Positions 56,048 to 64,000 of a DNA stretch of 64,000 nucleotides are shown piece after piece. The notes below the pieces were generated by a model that worked only from the letters and a program-made list of their open reading frames with translations, did no database searches and was not told the DNA's origin. How positions within the stretch are numbered: the stretch's first letter is position 1; every line of letters starts with the position of its first letter. The translations under genes were made by a program, and so were the position numbers. The DNA comes from an uncultured Candidatus Saccharibacteria bacterium (GTDB taxonomy: Bacteria; Patescibacteriota; Minisyncoccia; Phycocordibacterales; JAKAEA01), in contig CAZNZK010000005.1 of NCBI GenBank assembly GCA_964577595.1, positions 10,885 through 74,884 of the forward strand, written 5' to 3'.

Positions 56048-57103
56048 ATGCTTTTTCGTCTTAAATTGGTGGTTTTTTTCGCTCTCGGCGTAATCGTGGG
56101 GTTTCTTTTAGCTTTTGGTCGGGTGCACTGGGCGGCGTATCTGCAATCTTTCTCGGCGACAGCATCGTCACGGACCGACCTGGCTTTTCCTGTGAGCGGC
56201 ACTTTAGCGTTCATTATGCCAACCGGAAAAAAAGTGGCGACGGGGGATATTGTTGCCGAATTAACCGACCGTGACGCCTCTTCCGCATTGGTTGCCGCGC
56301 AATCGGCTTTGACGGTTGAAAAAGCAAAACAAACAGAGATCGCTACTCTTATTGCTAACCAACAAATGCTTACCCGGCAGGCTAAAAACCATATACAAAT
56401 AACGCTCATCGCCGACAGTCGCCGTTTGGCCGGGACACTTGCTGTTGCCAGTTCTTCAGTTTCGTCGGCCATTACTAAAAGCGATGCTCTTTTTGCGGAC
56501 GCGACCAGTTCCAATCCTCAGCTTCTGGTGAGCGCTGACAAACTTTCCGCGGCTGCTGCCGAATCAGGCCGTGTGGCTGTTTCCGCTAGTATCGGCCACT
56601 TAGTACTGATCGTTGGTTCAATAAGCGCTTCCTCTACTCCGGCCGACGTGCTCACGGTCGCTACAGGTGCCAGCGCCGACCTGGCCGAAATCCAGCTTTT
56701 TTTAGAAAGTCTCAATTTTCTTCAAAAAGAAAACAGCGGTACTGCTACCAGCTCGGGGCTGTTGTGGACGAGTAATCTTGCTTCTGCTCAAGCAAGTGTT
56801 AGCGGCGCTATTCAATCTATTTTTACCGACGAGGGGAAAGTTGTGGTTGATCAAGCGGCTCTGGAAAGCGCTATTGGCGGGGTGTCGGTTACTCAGCTTC
56901 TCGCCGAAGATGTCGCCGAGCAGAAACTGGTCGCGGCGGCGCAAGTCGCGGTCAGTAATGCTTCAAGCACCTTGGCCGCCAGTGTTCTGCGCGCCCCTAT
57001 GAGCGGCACGCTTGCTGTGCCGGCTACGCTTTCGGCGTTACCGACTATCGGCAAAATTATTATCGCCAACCAGCCCGTTATATCGCTTGAAAGCGGCCAG
57101 TGA
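56048..57103 (+). CDS. Hypothetical Ala/Ser-rich signal-anchored protein
   Basis: N-terminal TM and low-complexity A/S/L-rich sequence; the ORF-track start at 56039 is TTG. Confidence 0.45.
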   Translation: MLFRLKLVVFFALGVIVGFLLAFGRVHWAAYLQSFSATASSRTDLAFPVSGTLAFIMPTGKKVATGDIVAELTDRDASSALVAAQSALTVEKAKQTEIATLIANQQMLTRQAKNHIQITLIADSRRLAGTLAVASSSVSSAITKSDALFADATSSNPQLLVSADKLSAAAAESGRVAVSASIGHLVLIVGSISASSTPADVLTVATGASADLAEIQLFLESLNFLQKENSGTATSSGLLWTSNLASAQASVSGAIQSIFTDEGKVVVDQAALESAIGGVSVTQLLAEDVAEQKLVAAAQVAVSNASSTLAASVLRAPMSGTLAVPATLSALPTIGKIIIANQPVISLESGQ

Positions 57104-57122
57104 TATACTTTCAATCACGCCC

Positions 57123-57374
57123 ATGTTTATGCTCACTTTAGAAATTATTCTCGGAGCCCTTGTGGTTAGTTTTTTAGTTCTCGTAATATACGCAAGTATG
57201 TGGTTGTACGCTCTTCTGCGTGTTTCCAAGGCTCTCCAGAAAGAAACCAACAGCCTTATTCTTGATGTCCACGAATTGCGTGCCGGTTTGAAAAACCAGC
57301 AGGGTATCGGCGCCAAGGCCGGTTTAGTCGGCCGCTCCATTAAAAAGGCGTTCTTGCGCTGGCTTATTTCATGA
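57123..57374 (+). CDS. Small membrane protein
   Basis: One TM helix; 83 aa; ATGA-coupled to the downstream methyltransferase gene. Confidence 0.35.
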   Translation: MFMLTLEIILGALVVSFLVLVIYASMWLYALLRVSKALQKETNSLILDVHELRAGLKNQQGIGAKAGLVGRSIKKAFLRWLIS

Positions 57375-58120
57375 AAACACACGAAACTTCCTGGCAGGAT
57401 GTCGCCGAATGGTATGGTGATTATTCCGCCGCAAAAGGCAATTATCACCAAACGGTTATTATTCCCAATTTATTGCGCGTGCTCCAGCCCAAGGCCGGGC
57501 AGACTATTCTTGACTTGGCTTGCGGGGCTGGCGTAGTGAGCACTGATCTCGCGGCTGCCGGCGCCACGGTTATTGGTGTTGATGCCAGTGCCGCGCTTAT
57601 TGCCAAGGCTCGTCAGGCGGTGCCAACTGCCACGTTTCATGTTGCCGGTGCTGAAAAAACGCCACTCGTTGCTAAAACAGCGGACGCGGCAATTTGCGTT
57701 TTGGCAATTCAAAACATCGCACCAGTCAAAGAAACTTTTGCGGAGTGCGCGCGCATTTTAAAACAGGGCGGCCACTTTTTTCTCGTCCTCAATCATCCTG
57801 CATTTCGCGTGCCACAAGGCTCTAGTTGGGGCTGGGACGAGGCAGCCAAGAAGCAGTATCGTCGGGTTGATGAGTATCTTTCGGAAAAAACCGTCAGCAT
57901 CGTTGCGCACCCAGGCCAGCAGGCCTCGGAAACTACGGTTTCATTTCACCGCTCGCTCCAGTATTATTTCAAACTTCTCGCGAGCGCCGGTTTTGCCGTC
58001 ACTCGCCTGGAAGAATGGATCTCGCCTAAAAAATCCCAATCCGGTCCGCGTCAAAAAGAAGAGGACCGTACCCGCAAGGAAATCCCACTTTTTATGCTTT
58101 TAGAAGCTAAGTTGCTATAA
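57371..58120 (+). CDS. Class I SAM-dependent methyltransferase
   Basis: ILDLACGAGVVSTDLAAAGATVIGVDAS motif I. Confidence 0.7.
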   Translation: MKTHETSWQDVAEWYGDYSAAKGNYHQTVIIPNLLRVLQPKAGQTILDLACGAGVVSTDLAAAGATVIGVDASAALIAKARQAVPTATFHVAGAEKTPLVAKTADAAICVLAIQNIAPVKETFAECARILKQGGHFFLVLNHPAFRVPQGSSWGWDEAAKKQYRRVDEYLSEKTVSIVAHPGQQASETTVSFHRSLQYYFKLLASAGFAVTRLEEWISPKKSQSGPRQKEEDRTRKEIPLFMLLEAKLL

Positions 58121-58121
58121 T
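58113..58121 (+). promoter_or_regulatory. Extended -10 (TGcTATAAT), 6 nt upstream of ATG (leaderless-type)
   Basis: Read directly from the sequence. Confidence 0.4.
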
Positions 58122-58127
58122 ACTGGC

Positions 58128-58322
58128 ATGGATCCCGATCGCCTCGCCGTTATTGAGCAGAAAATAGACGTCATGACCAAGACGGTCAAGCGCCTCAATT
58201 TATATTTCATGATAACGATTATTATCAGCGTGGGCGCTGTGCTTCTGCCGGCAATCGGCCTCATCTGGGCCATTCCACAATTTATTAACGTCTATAGCCA
58301 GCCTCTTTCAGGAAATTTTTAA
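58128..58322 (+). CDS. Small hypothetical membrane protein
   Basis: 64 aa; one TM helix. Confidence 0.3.
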   Translation: MDPDRLAVIEQKIDVMTKTVKRLNLYFMITIIISVGAVLLPAIGLIWAIPQFINVYSQPLSGNF

Positions 58323-58323
58323 A

Positions 58324-59547
58324 TTAAACCCGTCGCGGCCGGGGTGGTAGTTTGTAGGCCACAAAAATACCAACGAACGTAACCACGGCCATGGCTGCGA
58401 ATGGGCTTTGCGCTGGAAATGAACCGAGCGCGGCCAAAGCCAGCGGGGCTACTACGTATGAAAGGGGGCTAGTAGCATGAAAGACGCTGATGAAGCCGGC
58501 GTCGCTGTCGTTAACACGCCGGAAGAATGAATACTCGCTACCAATTTCCACGAAGCTGGCCCCGATGCGCGAAATGAAAAGCCAGAGTGCCCACACCTCC
58601 CAATTGTGGCTTTGGGTCAGGAACATGACGATACATGCTCCGGTCATGATAATAAAGCCGGTCATGAGGGTGTCGCGTTCAATGCGAAAACGATCAAAGA
58701 GGTGGCCGAGCGGGGCTTCAAAGATAACGAATGGCAAAAGCATGATAGCCAAAATGAGGCCGATAGTTTGCCAGTCAAAGCCGATAAAGACGTGCAGGTA
58801 GATTGGCGTAAAGATCGTCATAAGGGCGTAAAAACATTGCAGAAGAAAATCAGAGCCGAGAGCGTCTAAAAGGCCGCGTCGAGCGGGGATTTGGCGCAAG
58901 CTGTCGGTGAAGCTGATTTGGCGAAAGCGGCGTGGTTCCTGACCGCTAAAACGGCCATCAACAAGTAAAATAACCCCGATAATTAAAACGCCAGCCACGG
59001 CGTAAATCGCCCGGTAGGAATATGCCTCGGCGATAGTGCCCACAAAGAACGGCACTAATACGAATGCGATGTTGCTGGCGGTTAAATAGAGCGAGCGGAC
59101 ACTGCCGGTGACGGTTTGGGTGTCTATCATCTGTTCCAAAATGACGTCAAAGGAAAAAAGGACGAGAGGCGGGAGCATTTGGTGGAGAACGAAGAAAATG
59201 GCGATCCAAAGCGGGCTGGTCACTTGTGTTAGGCCGAGTAAGGCAACTGCCTGAGCAACTAAAATAGCGGTGAGCCAGCTAAAATTACTCCAACGCCGAA
59301 TAACGCTCGCACCGATTGCTAAACCCATCAAACTGCCGGCGGCGCCGAAAAGGTAGAGGGCGTCGAGCATGCTTGGCGCGAAATAGAGCGACAAAAAGTT
59401 AGAATCAATGTAAAGCGTGGCCGCATACGAAAGCGACAAAATAATCATCGTTAAATAGATGATTTTGTATGAGTGGCGTGGGTGCGTCGGATGCAAGAGT
59501 GCCCGTAAAGTCCAACGCGAGGTAGTCGAAGAAGTAGAGGAGGACAT
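58324..59547 (-). CDS. MFS transporter
   Basis: Twelve TM helices; ATG at 59547 chosen so the gene does not overlap the upstream small gene. Confidence 0.65.
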   Translation of the reverse strand: MSSSTSSTTSRWTLRALLHPTHPRHSYKIIYLTMIILSLSYAATLYIDSNFLSLYFAPSMLDALYLFGAAGSLMGLAIGASVIRRWSNFSWLTAILVAQAVALLGLTQVTSPLWIAIFFVLHQMLPPLVLFSFDVILEQMIDTQTVTGSVRSLYLTASNIAFVLVPFFVGTIAEAYSYRAIYAVAGVLIIGVILLVDGRFSGQEPRRFRQISFTDSLRQIPARRGLLDALGSDFLLQCFYALMTIFTPIYLHVFIGFDWQTIGLILAIMLLPFVIFEAPLGHLFDRFRIERDTLMTGFIIMTGACIVMFLTQSHNWEVWALWLFISRIGASFVEIGSEYSFFRRVNDSDAGFISVFHATSPLSYVVAPLALAALGSFPAQSPFAAMAVVTFVGIFVAYKLPPRPRRV

Positions 59548-59570
59548 CGTTAGTAGTATAGCAGAAAAAA

Positions 59571-59864
59571 TTATGGCATCGGCCCCAAACCTCCCGAAAT
59601 AATCAGGAGTAGAAGCGCGCCGAGGCCGCCGGCTACCACGATGCCTGAAAGAACGATTCCCCAAATCGCCAGCGCTTCGCCCGCCGCTCTGATTCCTAGT
59701 ATTCCCAAAATAAACCCGATTATCGCACTACAGCAAAAGAAAACGCCGAAAATCATGATCCAACTGAGTGAATTGGGATTGTAGAGCGCGAATACTATAA
59801 AGAGCATTAGAAAACCGAGGATGCTCGCGCCACCAAGAATGCATGACCAAAGCGAATATGACAT
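59571..59864 (-). CDS. Small membrane protein
   Basis: Three TM helices; Gly-rich. Confidence 0.35.
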   Translation of the reverse strand: MSYSLWSCILGGASILGFLMLFIVFALYNPNSLSWIMIFGVFFCCSAIIGFILGILGIRAAGEALAIWGIVLSGIVVAGGLGALLLLIISGGLGPMP

Positions 59865-59906
59865 GGCTATAGTATAGCAAATGGCTCTATAGAGCCGCGC
59901 TATAGC

Positions 59907-59936
59907 TTGACAAACTAGCTTAAAAAATGTTATAAT
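59907..59936 (+). promoter_or_regulatory. Near-consensus sigma70 promoter (TTGACA-18-tgtTATAAT)
   Basis: Perfect -35 and -10 hexamers with a TG extension, ~80 nt upstream of the PEP-CTERM gene. Confidence 0.6.
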
Positions 59937-60016
59937 ACACCCAGACGATATGAAACGGGCAATGTGCTCGTTTTTATCAAAAATACACGTTCGTTGACTT
60001 TTTGAAAGGAGTCAAG

Positions 60017-61057
60017 ATGAAAACTCTCATGGTAGTAGTGTCGGTGCTTTGCGCGCTGGCGACCTCTGTGGCGGCATCTACGTTCACGGTGGGCATTGAC
60101 CCGAGCAACCCCTTGTCGCAGTCGGTGTATACCGACTACAACACAGGGGCGCAAAACGTTCCAGTGTTCGTCTTCAACGCGGCTGGTAGTAGTGGTGACA
60201 GTGTGTTGACCGACTTCACGGTTACGCCAACACAAAACTTCGCCACGGGTGATTTTGTGCCCGCATCTTCTATTAATCTGATGCAGAACGGCAACATTAT
60301 CGCCAGTCAGTCGTTGAATGGGACCAGTCCGGTAACATTCAACCATCTGAACGCGCTCATTCCTTCGGGAGTGACCCAACCATTTGTGTTGGAGGTTTCG
60401 GTGCCTGCGCCAGGTCTCACCAATAATGAAAATGGCACCACCGTGTTCCAGGCCTCGGTTACTAGCGTCAGTTATACGACCAACGCTGGTAATGGGGCGT
60501 TTCCGACTTCCCTCGTTGGCAAGGCTCAACACTTCTTTAGTGGCGTGCCGAACATGCAGCCCATTACGTCGTCGGTTTCGGAAAGTGTGAACAAGAACGG
60601 TGGGACGCAAAGTGCCAACGAAAACCTCACTTTCTCTGTAACGCCCCATGGCGGCATCATGATGGAGCCGTCGGCATCCGATTTCACCATCGGTTTCGGC
60701 CGCTCGTTGGCTGAGGCGGAAAATAATATTTTGCCCGCCAGCCAAATGGTACTCACGTCCATTACGCCAACGCCGCCAACGTCATCGACGCCTCTGTCAC
60801 AAGGTCAGGAGTATATCGTTTCTCTTGATGCTACCGCGCTGACTCCGCAGTTCACTACCTCGGGCGCCTATCAGTTCTATCTTTTAGGTGCGAACACTAC
60901 TGTGGTCAATCCCGACGGCGCGCTCGTCACTACTGATCAAACCTGGGGCTTGGAAAACTTCACGTCCGGCGGAATTGGAGTGACCGCAACCCCCGAACCG
61001 GCATCGCTCGGAATTCTCGGAGCATTTGCTCTCTGCCTCCTGCGTCGCCGGCGGTAA
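60017..61057 (+). CDS. Secreted protein with PEP-CTERM sorting signal
   Basis: Signal peptide; C-terminal TPEPASLGILGAFALCLLRRRR; AAGGAG RBS 5 nt upstream. Confidence 0.8.
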   Translation: MKTLMVVVSVLCALATSVAASTFTVGIDPSNPLSQSVYTDYNTGAQNVPVFVFNAAGSSGDSVLTDFTVTPTQNFATGDFVPASSINLMQNGNIIASQSLNGTSPVTFNHLNALIPSGVTQPFVLEVSVPAPGLTNNENGTTVFQASVTSVSYTTNAGNGAFPTSLVGKAQHFFSGVPNMQPITSSVSESVNKNGGTQSANENLTFSVTPHGGIMMEPSASDFTIGFGRSLAEAENNILPASQMVLTSITPTPPTSSTPLSQGQEYIVSLDATALTPQFTTSGAYQFYLLGANTTVVNPDGALVTTDQTWGLENFTSGGIGVTATPEPASLGILGAFALCLLRRRR

Positions 61058-61074
61058 TCGTTCTTTCAAGTCAA

Positions 61075-61108
61075 CTTAGTCCAAAGGCCGAGCTCTCACG
61101 AGTTTCGG
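61075..61108 (+). terminator. Rho-independent terminator
   Basis: aaggccga-loop-tcggcctt followed by TTTTTT. Confidence 0.7.
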
Positions 61109-61165
61109 CCTTTTTTCTTGGCTGATTTTGAATTGGCGCTTGACCCCCATCACACTCAAAATGTA

Positions 61166-61195
61166 TTGACGTAGTAGTGTTAAGTGTGGTATTAT
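61166..61195 (+). promoter_or_regulatory. Sigma70-like promoter (TTGACG-18-tgGTATTAT)
   Basis: Read from the sequence. Confidence 0.45.
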
Positions 61196-61268
61196 TTCCG
61201 ACAGTTGCTAAAGCGAAACCACTGTGGCCAAGCTTGTAGCAGAATGTTCTTTTATAAGGAAACTGACC

Positions 61269-61949
61269 ATGGATACCATGCTCAGCAAGGCGCTCCGCGA
61301 ATTTATGACCGGACCGCTTAATCAACTCATTGTGAATCTTGCGGGCCAGGATGGCTCTTTATGGGAAGCGGAACTGCATAAGTTCAACCGCAAGGAAACC
61401 TGTTGGCCTTCGGAAAGGGTCTCTAAAGCTCTTCCTAAAACGTCATCCCAGTCGCTTTTCGTAGACGTGAAGAACGTCACCCTCCGCGCCTCAGCCAAAA
61501 AGCTCACGGCGGAATGCTTCACCAACCGCTTGCGCTACTATTCTCGCGATGGTGACTTGGACAAGTGGCTCCCCAAGAGCCAACCAGCTCAAGCCGAGCA
61601 GGAGTTCCGAGCGCAGGAATTGGCGCGCAAAGCGAGCTTCATAGAAATGCTGAAGTATATCTTCGGCACCGGAGGTGATGCCGCCAGCGACTCCAAGCTT
61701 CTCGTTGAAGGTGGTCATACTGTGGCCCTTCCAAAAATTGAGGAGCTCATTGAGCGCCAAGAGAAGGGCGATGACGTTGGCCTCCACACTAACGGCTCTG
61801 CCAACTTGTTCTTTGTTCTCAATGACGATGGAACTGTTTCCGTCGTACACGTGCACCGCCACGCTGGGCCGTGGAACGTGTACGTGCACCGGCTTGACTA
61901 CGCTGACCGTTGGTACGCTGAGGACCGCGTGTTCCTTCGCAACTCTTGA
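61269..61949 (+). CDS. Hypothetical protein
   Basis: 226-aa ORF with AAGGA upstream; no recognisable domain; GTG alternative at 61224. Confidence 0.4.
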   Translation: MDTMLSKALREFMTGPLNQLIVNLAGQDGSLWEAELHKFNRKETCWPSERVSKALPKTSSQSLFVDVKNVTLRASAKKLTAECFTNRLRYYSRDGDLDKWLPKSQPAQAEQEFRAQELARKASFIEMLKYIFGTGGDAASDSKLLVEGGHTVALPKIEELIERQEKGDDVGLHTNGSANLFFVLNDDGTVSVVHVHRHAGPWNVYVHRLDYADRWYAEDRVFLRNS

Positions 61950-61990
61950 CCCTCTATGACCCTTTGTCTTTTGGACACTTAGTCCCTTAC

Positions 61991-62024
61991 CCCGCATGTA
62001 CCGAAAGGTGGATGCGGGTTTTTT
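61991..62024 (+). terminator. Rho-independent terminator
   Basis: cccgcat...GAAA...atgcggg followed by TTTTTT. Confidence 0.6.
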
Positions 62025-62034
62025 CTACGAATTT

Positions 62035-63894
62035 TTAGACTCCAAGTAAAACGGGAATAACTATCGGGCGCTTGGCGGTTTGCTGGAAGAGGTATTTAGA
62101 GACGGCGTCGGTGACGGCCTGCTTCACGTAGTCAAAGTTGATGGGATTCATACCGGCAGTGGCGTCTTCAATGGTTTTCTTGATAATCCAGCGTGTTTGG
62201 TGGAGTAAATCCTGGGATTCACGCAAGTAAACGAAACCGCGGGAGATGATATCGGGGCTTTTCTTAAGCTTGCCATTAGCGACGTTGATGGAAGCGATGA
62301 GCACAAACATGCCGTCTTGGGCGAGGGTTTGGCGGTCGCGAATAACCACTTCCTGAGCTTCGCCGATGCGGAAGCCTTCCACGAACATGTCGTCGTGCGG
62401 GGCGCGCTCGGGCAGGACTTTAATCTGCAGTTCTTTTGATTCGCTACCGCTCAGGCCGATTTCAACGACAGAGCCGTTGTCGGGCACGATAATGTTTTTT
62501 GGATCGGCGCCAAGAGTGCGCGCCAGCTCGGCATGCATTTTCAACATGAAGTGGTAGCCGTGCACGGGCATGAAGAATTGATAGGGGATTTGGCGGTGGA
62601 TCCATTCCAATTCGCCACGCTTGCCGTGGCCGGAGGCGTGGACATCGGAATCAAGATAGGTGATGATTTTGGCGTTGTGGCGATAGAGATTGTCCTTAAG
62701 CTTGGTGACGGCGCGCTCATTGCCCGGGATAACCGAGGACGAAAGAATAATGGTGTCGGTGTCATTCAGGCGAATGTTTTTGTGACTCTGATTGGCGATG
62801 CGCATCAGAGCGGCGAATTCTTCGCCTTGAGCGCCGGTGGCGATGACCATGATTTTGTGCGGCGGCACCGTGTCCATTTCCTCAATAGGAATGATGTGGT
62901 CCAAATTAACGAGGTTGAGTTGCTTGATGATGGCCACGTTATTTTTCATACTGCGGCCTTCAATAACAATTTTTTTCTCGTATTTGGCGGCGATTTTTAT
63001 GAATTCAATAATGCGCTCCACCTGCGAGGCGAAGGTGGCAATGATGACGCGACCGCCGACTTTTTTGACGATCTCATCAATGTTTTTAACCACATGGGAC
63101 TCGGAAACGGTCCAGCCCGGGCGATCAATGCCGGTGGAATCCATCAAAAGAAGCAACGTTTTTTCTTTTTTAAATGACTCATATTGCTCTATTTCATCGG
63201 GAGCGGGAATGCCGTCTTCGTTTTCAACACGAACATCGCCGGTGGTAACGATATTACCGAAGGGGGTGCTTATAACAATGCCGGTGGAGTCGGGAATGGA
63301 ATGGGTGAGACCGAAGAAGCGCACTTTGAGGTGTTGGCCTATTTGAATCGGCGCGTCGTTTTTGCCGACGATTTTGATATTGAGTGGCGGTAAATGGGCA
63401 AATTCTTCCTGGCGCTTTTGAATAAAGAGCGCGCCGAATTCGCGGCTGTAGAGCGGCGGGTTGCCGATAAGGGGCATAACGTAGGGAATGCCGCCGATGT
63501 GGTCAAGGTGACCGTGGGTGATGAAAACGGCGCGGATTTTGCTCTGGCGCTCCATTAAGTATTTAATATTCGGCAAAATGTAATCAACACCCGGTGTTTC
63601 GGCGTCGCTGAATTGGATGCCGGCATCAATGACGATAATGTCGTCTTTGTATTCAATGGCCGTCATGTTGCGGCCAATTTCTTCTACGCCACCAAGCGGG
63701 ATGATACGGAGATTTTCGCCTGGAGGCGGAATAACAACTGCGGCGGCTTTTGTGGCTTTTTCGTTATCATCAACAAAACCCCCCTCGTGTGGCGGCATAG
63801 TGTTGGGAGCAAAAGCGGCTGGCGTGCGCGGGCCAGCGAATTTTTGCTGGGGGCCACGTGAACCGGGGCCGAAACGCGAGTGGCGAGCCGGCAT
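62035..63894 (-). CDS. rnj: Ribonuclease J (beta-CASP metallo-beta-lactamase RNase) with Pro/Gly-rich N-terminal extension
   Basis: HGHLDHIGG motif, beta-CASP region and RNase J C-terminal domain. About 60 extra N-terminal residues; internal alternative start MPPHEGG at 63798. Confidence 0.8.
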   Translation of the reverse strand: MPARHSRFGPGSRGPQQKFAGPRTPAAFAPNTMPPHEGGFVDDNEKATKAAAVVIPPPGENLRIIPLGGVEEIGRNMTAIEYKDDIIVIDAGIQFSDAETPGVDYILPNIKYLMERQSKIRAVFITHGHLDHIGGIPYVMPLIGNPPLYSREFGALFIQKRQEEFAHLPPLNIKIVGKNDAPIQIGQHLKVRFFGLTHSIPDSTGIVISTPFGNIVTTGDVRVENEDGIPAPDEIEQYESFKKEKTLLLLMDSTGIDRPGWTVSESHVVKNIDEIVKKVGGRVIIATFASQVERIIEFIKIAAKYEKKIVIEGRSMKNNVAIIKQLNLVNLDHIIPIEEMDTVPPHKIMVIATGAQGEEFAALMRIANQSHKNIRLNDTDTIILSSSVIPGNERAVTKLKDNLYRHNAKIITYLDSDVHASGHGKRGELEWIHRQIPYQFFMPVHGYHFMLKMHAELARTLGADPKNIIVPDNGSVVEIGLSGSESKELQIKVLPERAPHDDMFVEGFRIGEAQEVVIRDRQTLAQDGMFVLIASINVANGKLKKSPDIISRGFVYLRESQDLLHQTRWIIKKTIEDATAGMNPINFDYVKQAVTDAVSKYLFQQTAKRPIVIPVLLGV

Positions 63895-64000
63895 TGCGGG
63901 CCGTGAACCAGTGTGTGCAATCGGCGACCGGCCAGGGCCGGTGCTGGTCCTGGAATGAAAAGCACGGGTGCCGCCAGGGCGCGCGTAGGGGCCTGAGCGG

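Noticed and set aside
62533-63177. 214-aa plus-strand ORF
   Set aside because: It lies inside the RNase J gene on the opposite strand and has no recognisable features.
1-64000. Scan for tRNA, rRNA and CRISPR arrays
   Set aside because: All intergenic regions are short. None contains tRNA-like cloverleaf sequences, rRNA-like conserved stretches or regularly spaced direct repeats.

Overview
The window is gene-dense, moderately GC-rich bacterial DNA, dominated by cell-envelope glycan biosynthesis. The organism is probably uncultivated, possibly Patescibacteria/CPR-like, judging by signal-anchored secreted proteins, leaderless promoters, RNase J, MurB and class I NrdAB. I found no rRNA, tRNA or CRISPR.

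Region 1-17.9 kb is a tightly packed plus-strand operon, with many ATGA start/stop overlaps. It carries about eight GT4/GT1 glycosyltransferases, two GT9 heptosyltransferase-like genes and three class I SAM methyltransferases. It also carries two FkbM methyltransferases, a CE4 deacetylase, GtrA, a GH18-like hydrolase, a GT-C-like membrane protein and a C-terminally truncated UDP-glucose-dehydrogenase-like gene. A HAF-repeat protein with a PEP-CTERM sorting signal is embedded in this operon.

Region 19.6-24.3 kb is an AT-richer islet of signal-anchored hypothetical proteins. It is flanked by an imperfect 38-nt direct repeat that corresponds to the 3' end of the adjacent amidase gene.

Region 24.4-28.3 kb (minus strand) encodes an Amidase_3/PG-binding protein and an unusual fusion of a GMC oxidoreductase to a Gfo/Idh/MocA-like domain.

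Region 28.4-41.2 kb is the most interesting locus. Two glycosyltransferases are followed by AcpS, an FkbH-like HAD-IIIC loading enzyme and a DltC-like carrier protein. An FAD oxidoreductase, a GT-C membrane transferase, a MaoC dehydratase, a DltB/AlgI-type MBOAT and a DltD-like partner follow. This is a Dlt-like surface-polymer acylation system in which FkbH appears to replace the adenylating enzyme DltA. A CYTH/DUF218/alpha-beta-hydrolase trio sits on the opposite strand inside the locus.

Region 41.2-49 kb holds a minus-strand Wzm/Wzt ABC exporter operon with a GT2, an SDR epimerase and a CgeB-like hypothetical protein. Diverging from it is a giant Wzy_C (O-antigen-ligase family)-TPR protein.

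The remainder contains murB, a two-component system, nrdAB, several methyltransferase and membrane genes, an MFS transporter, a second PEP-CTERM protein, a hypothetical protein and RNase J. The NrdA here has a Cys-free low-complexity tail.
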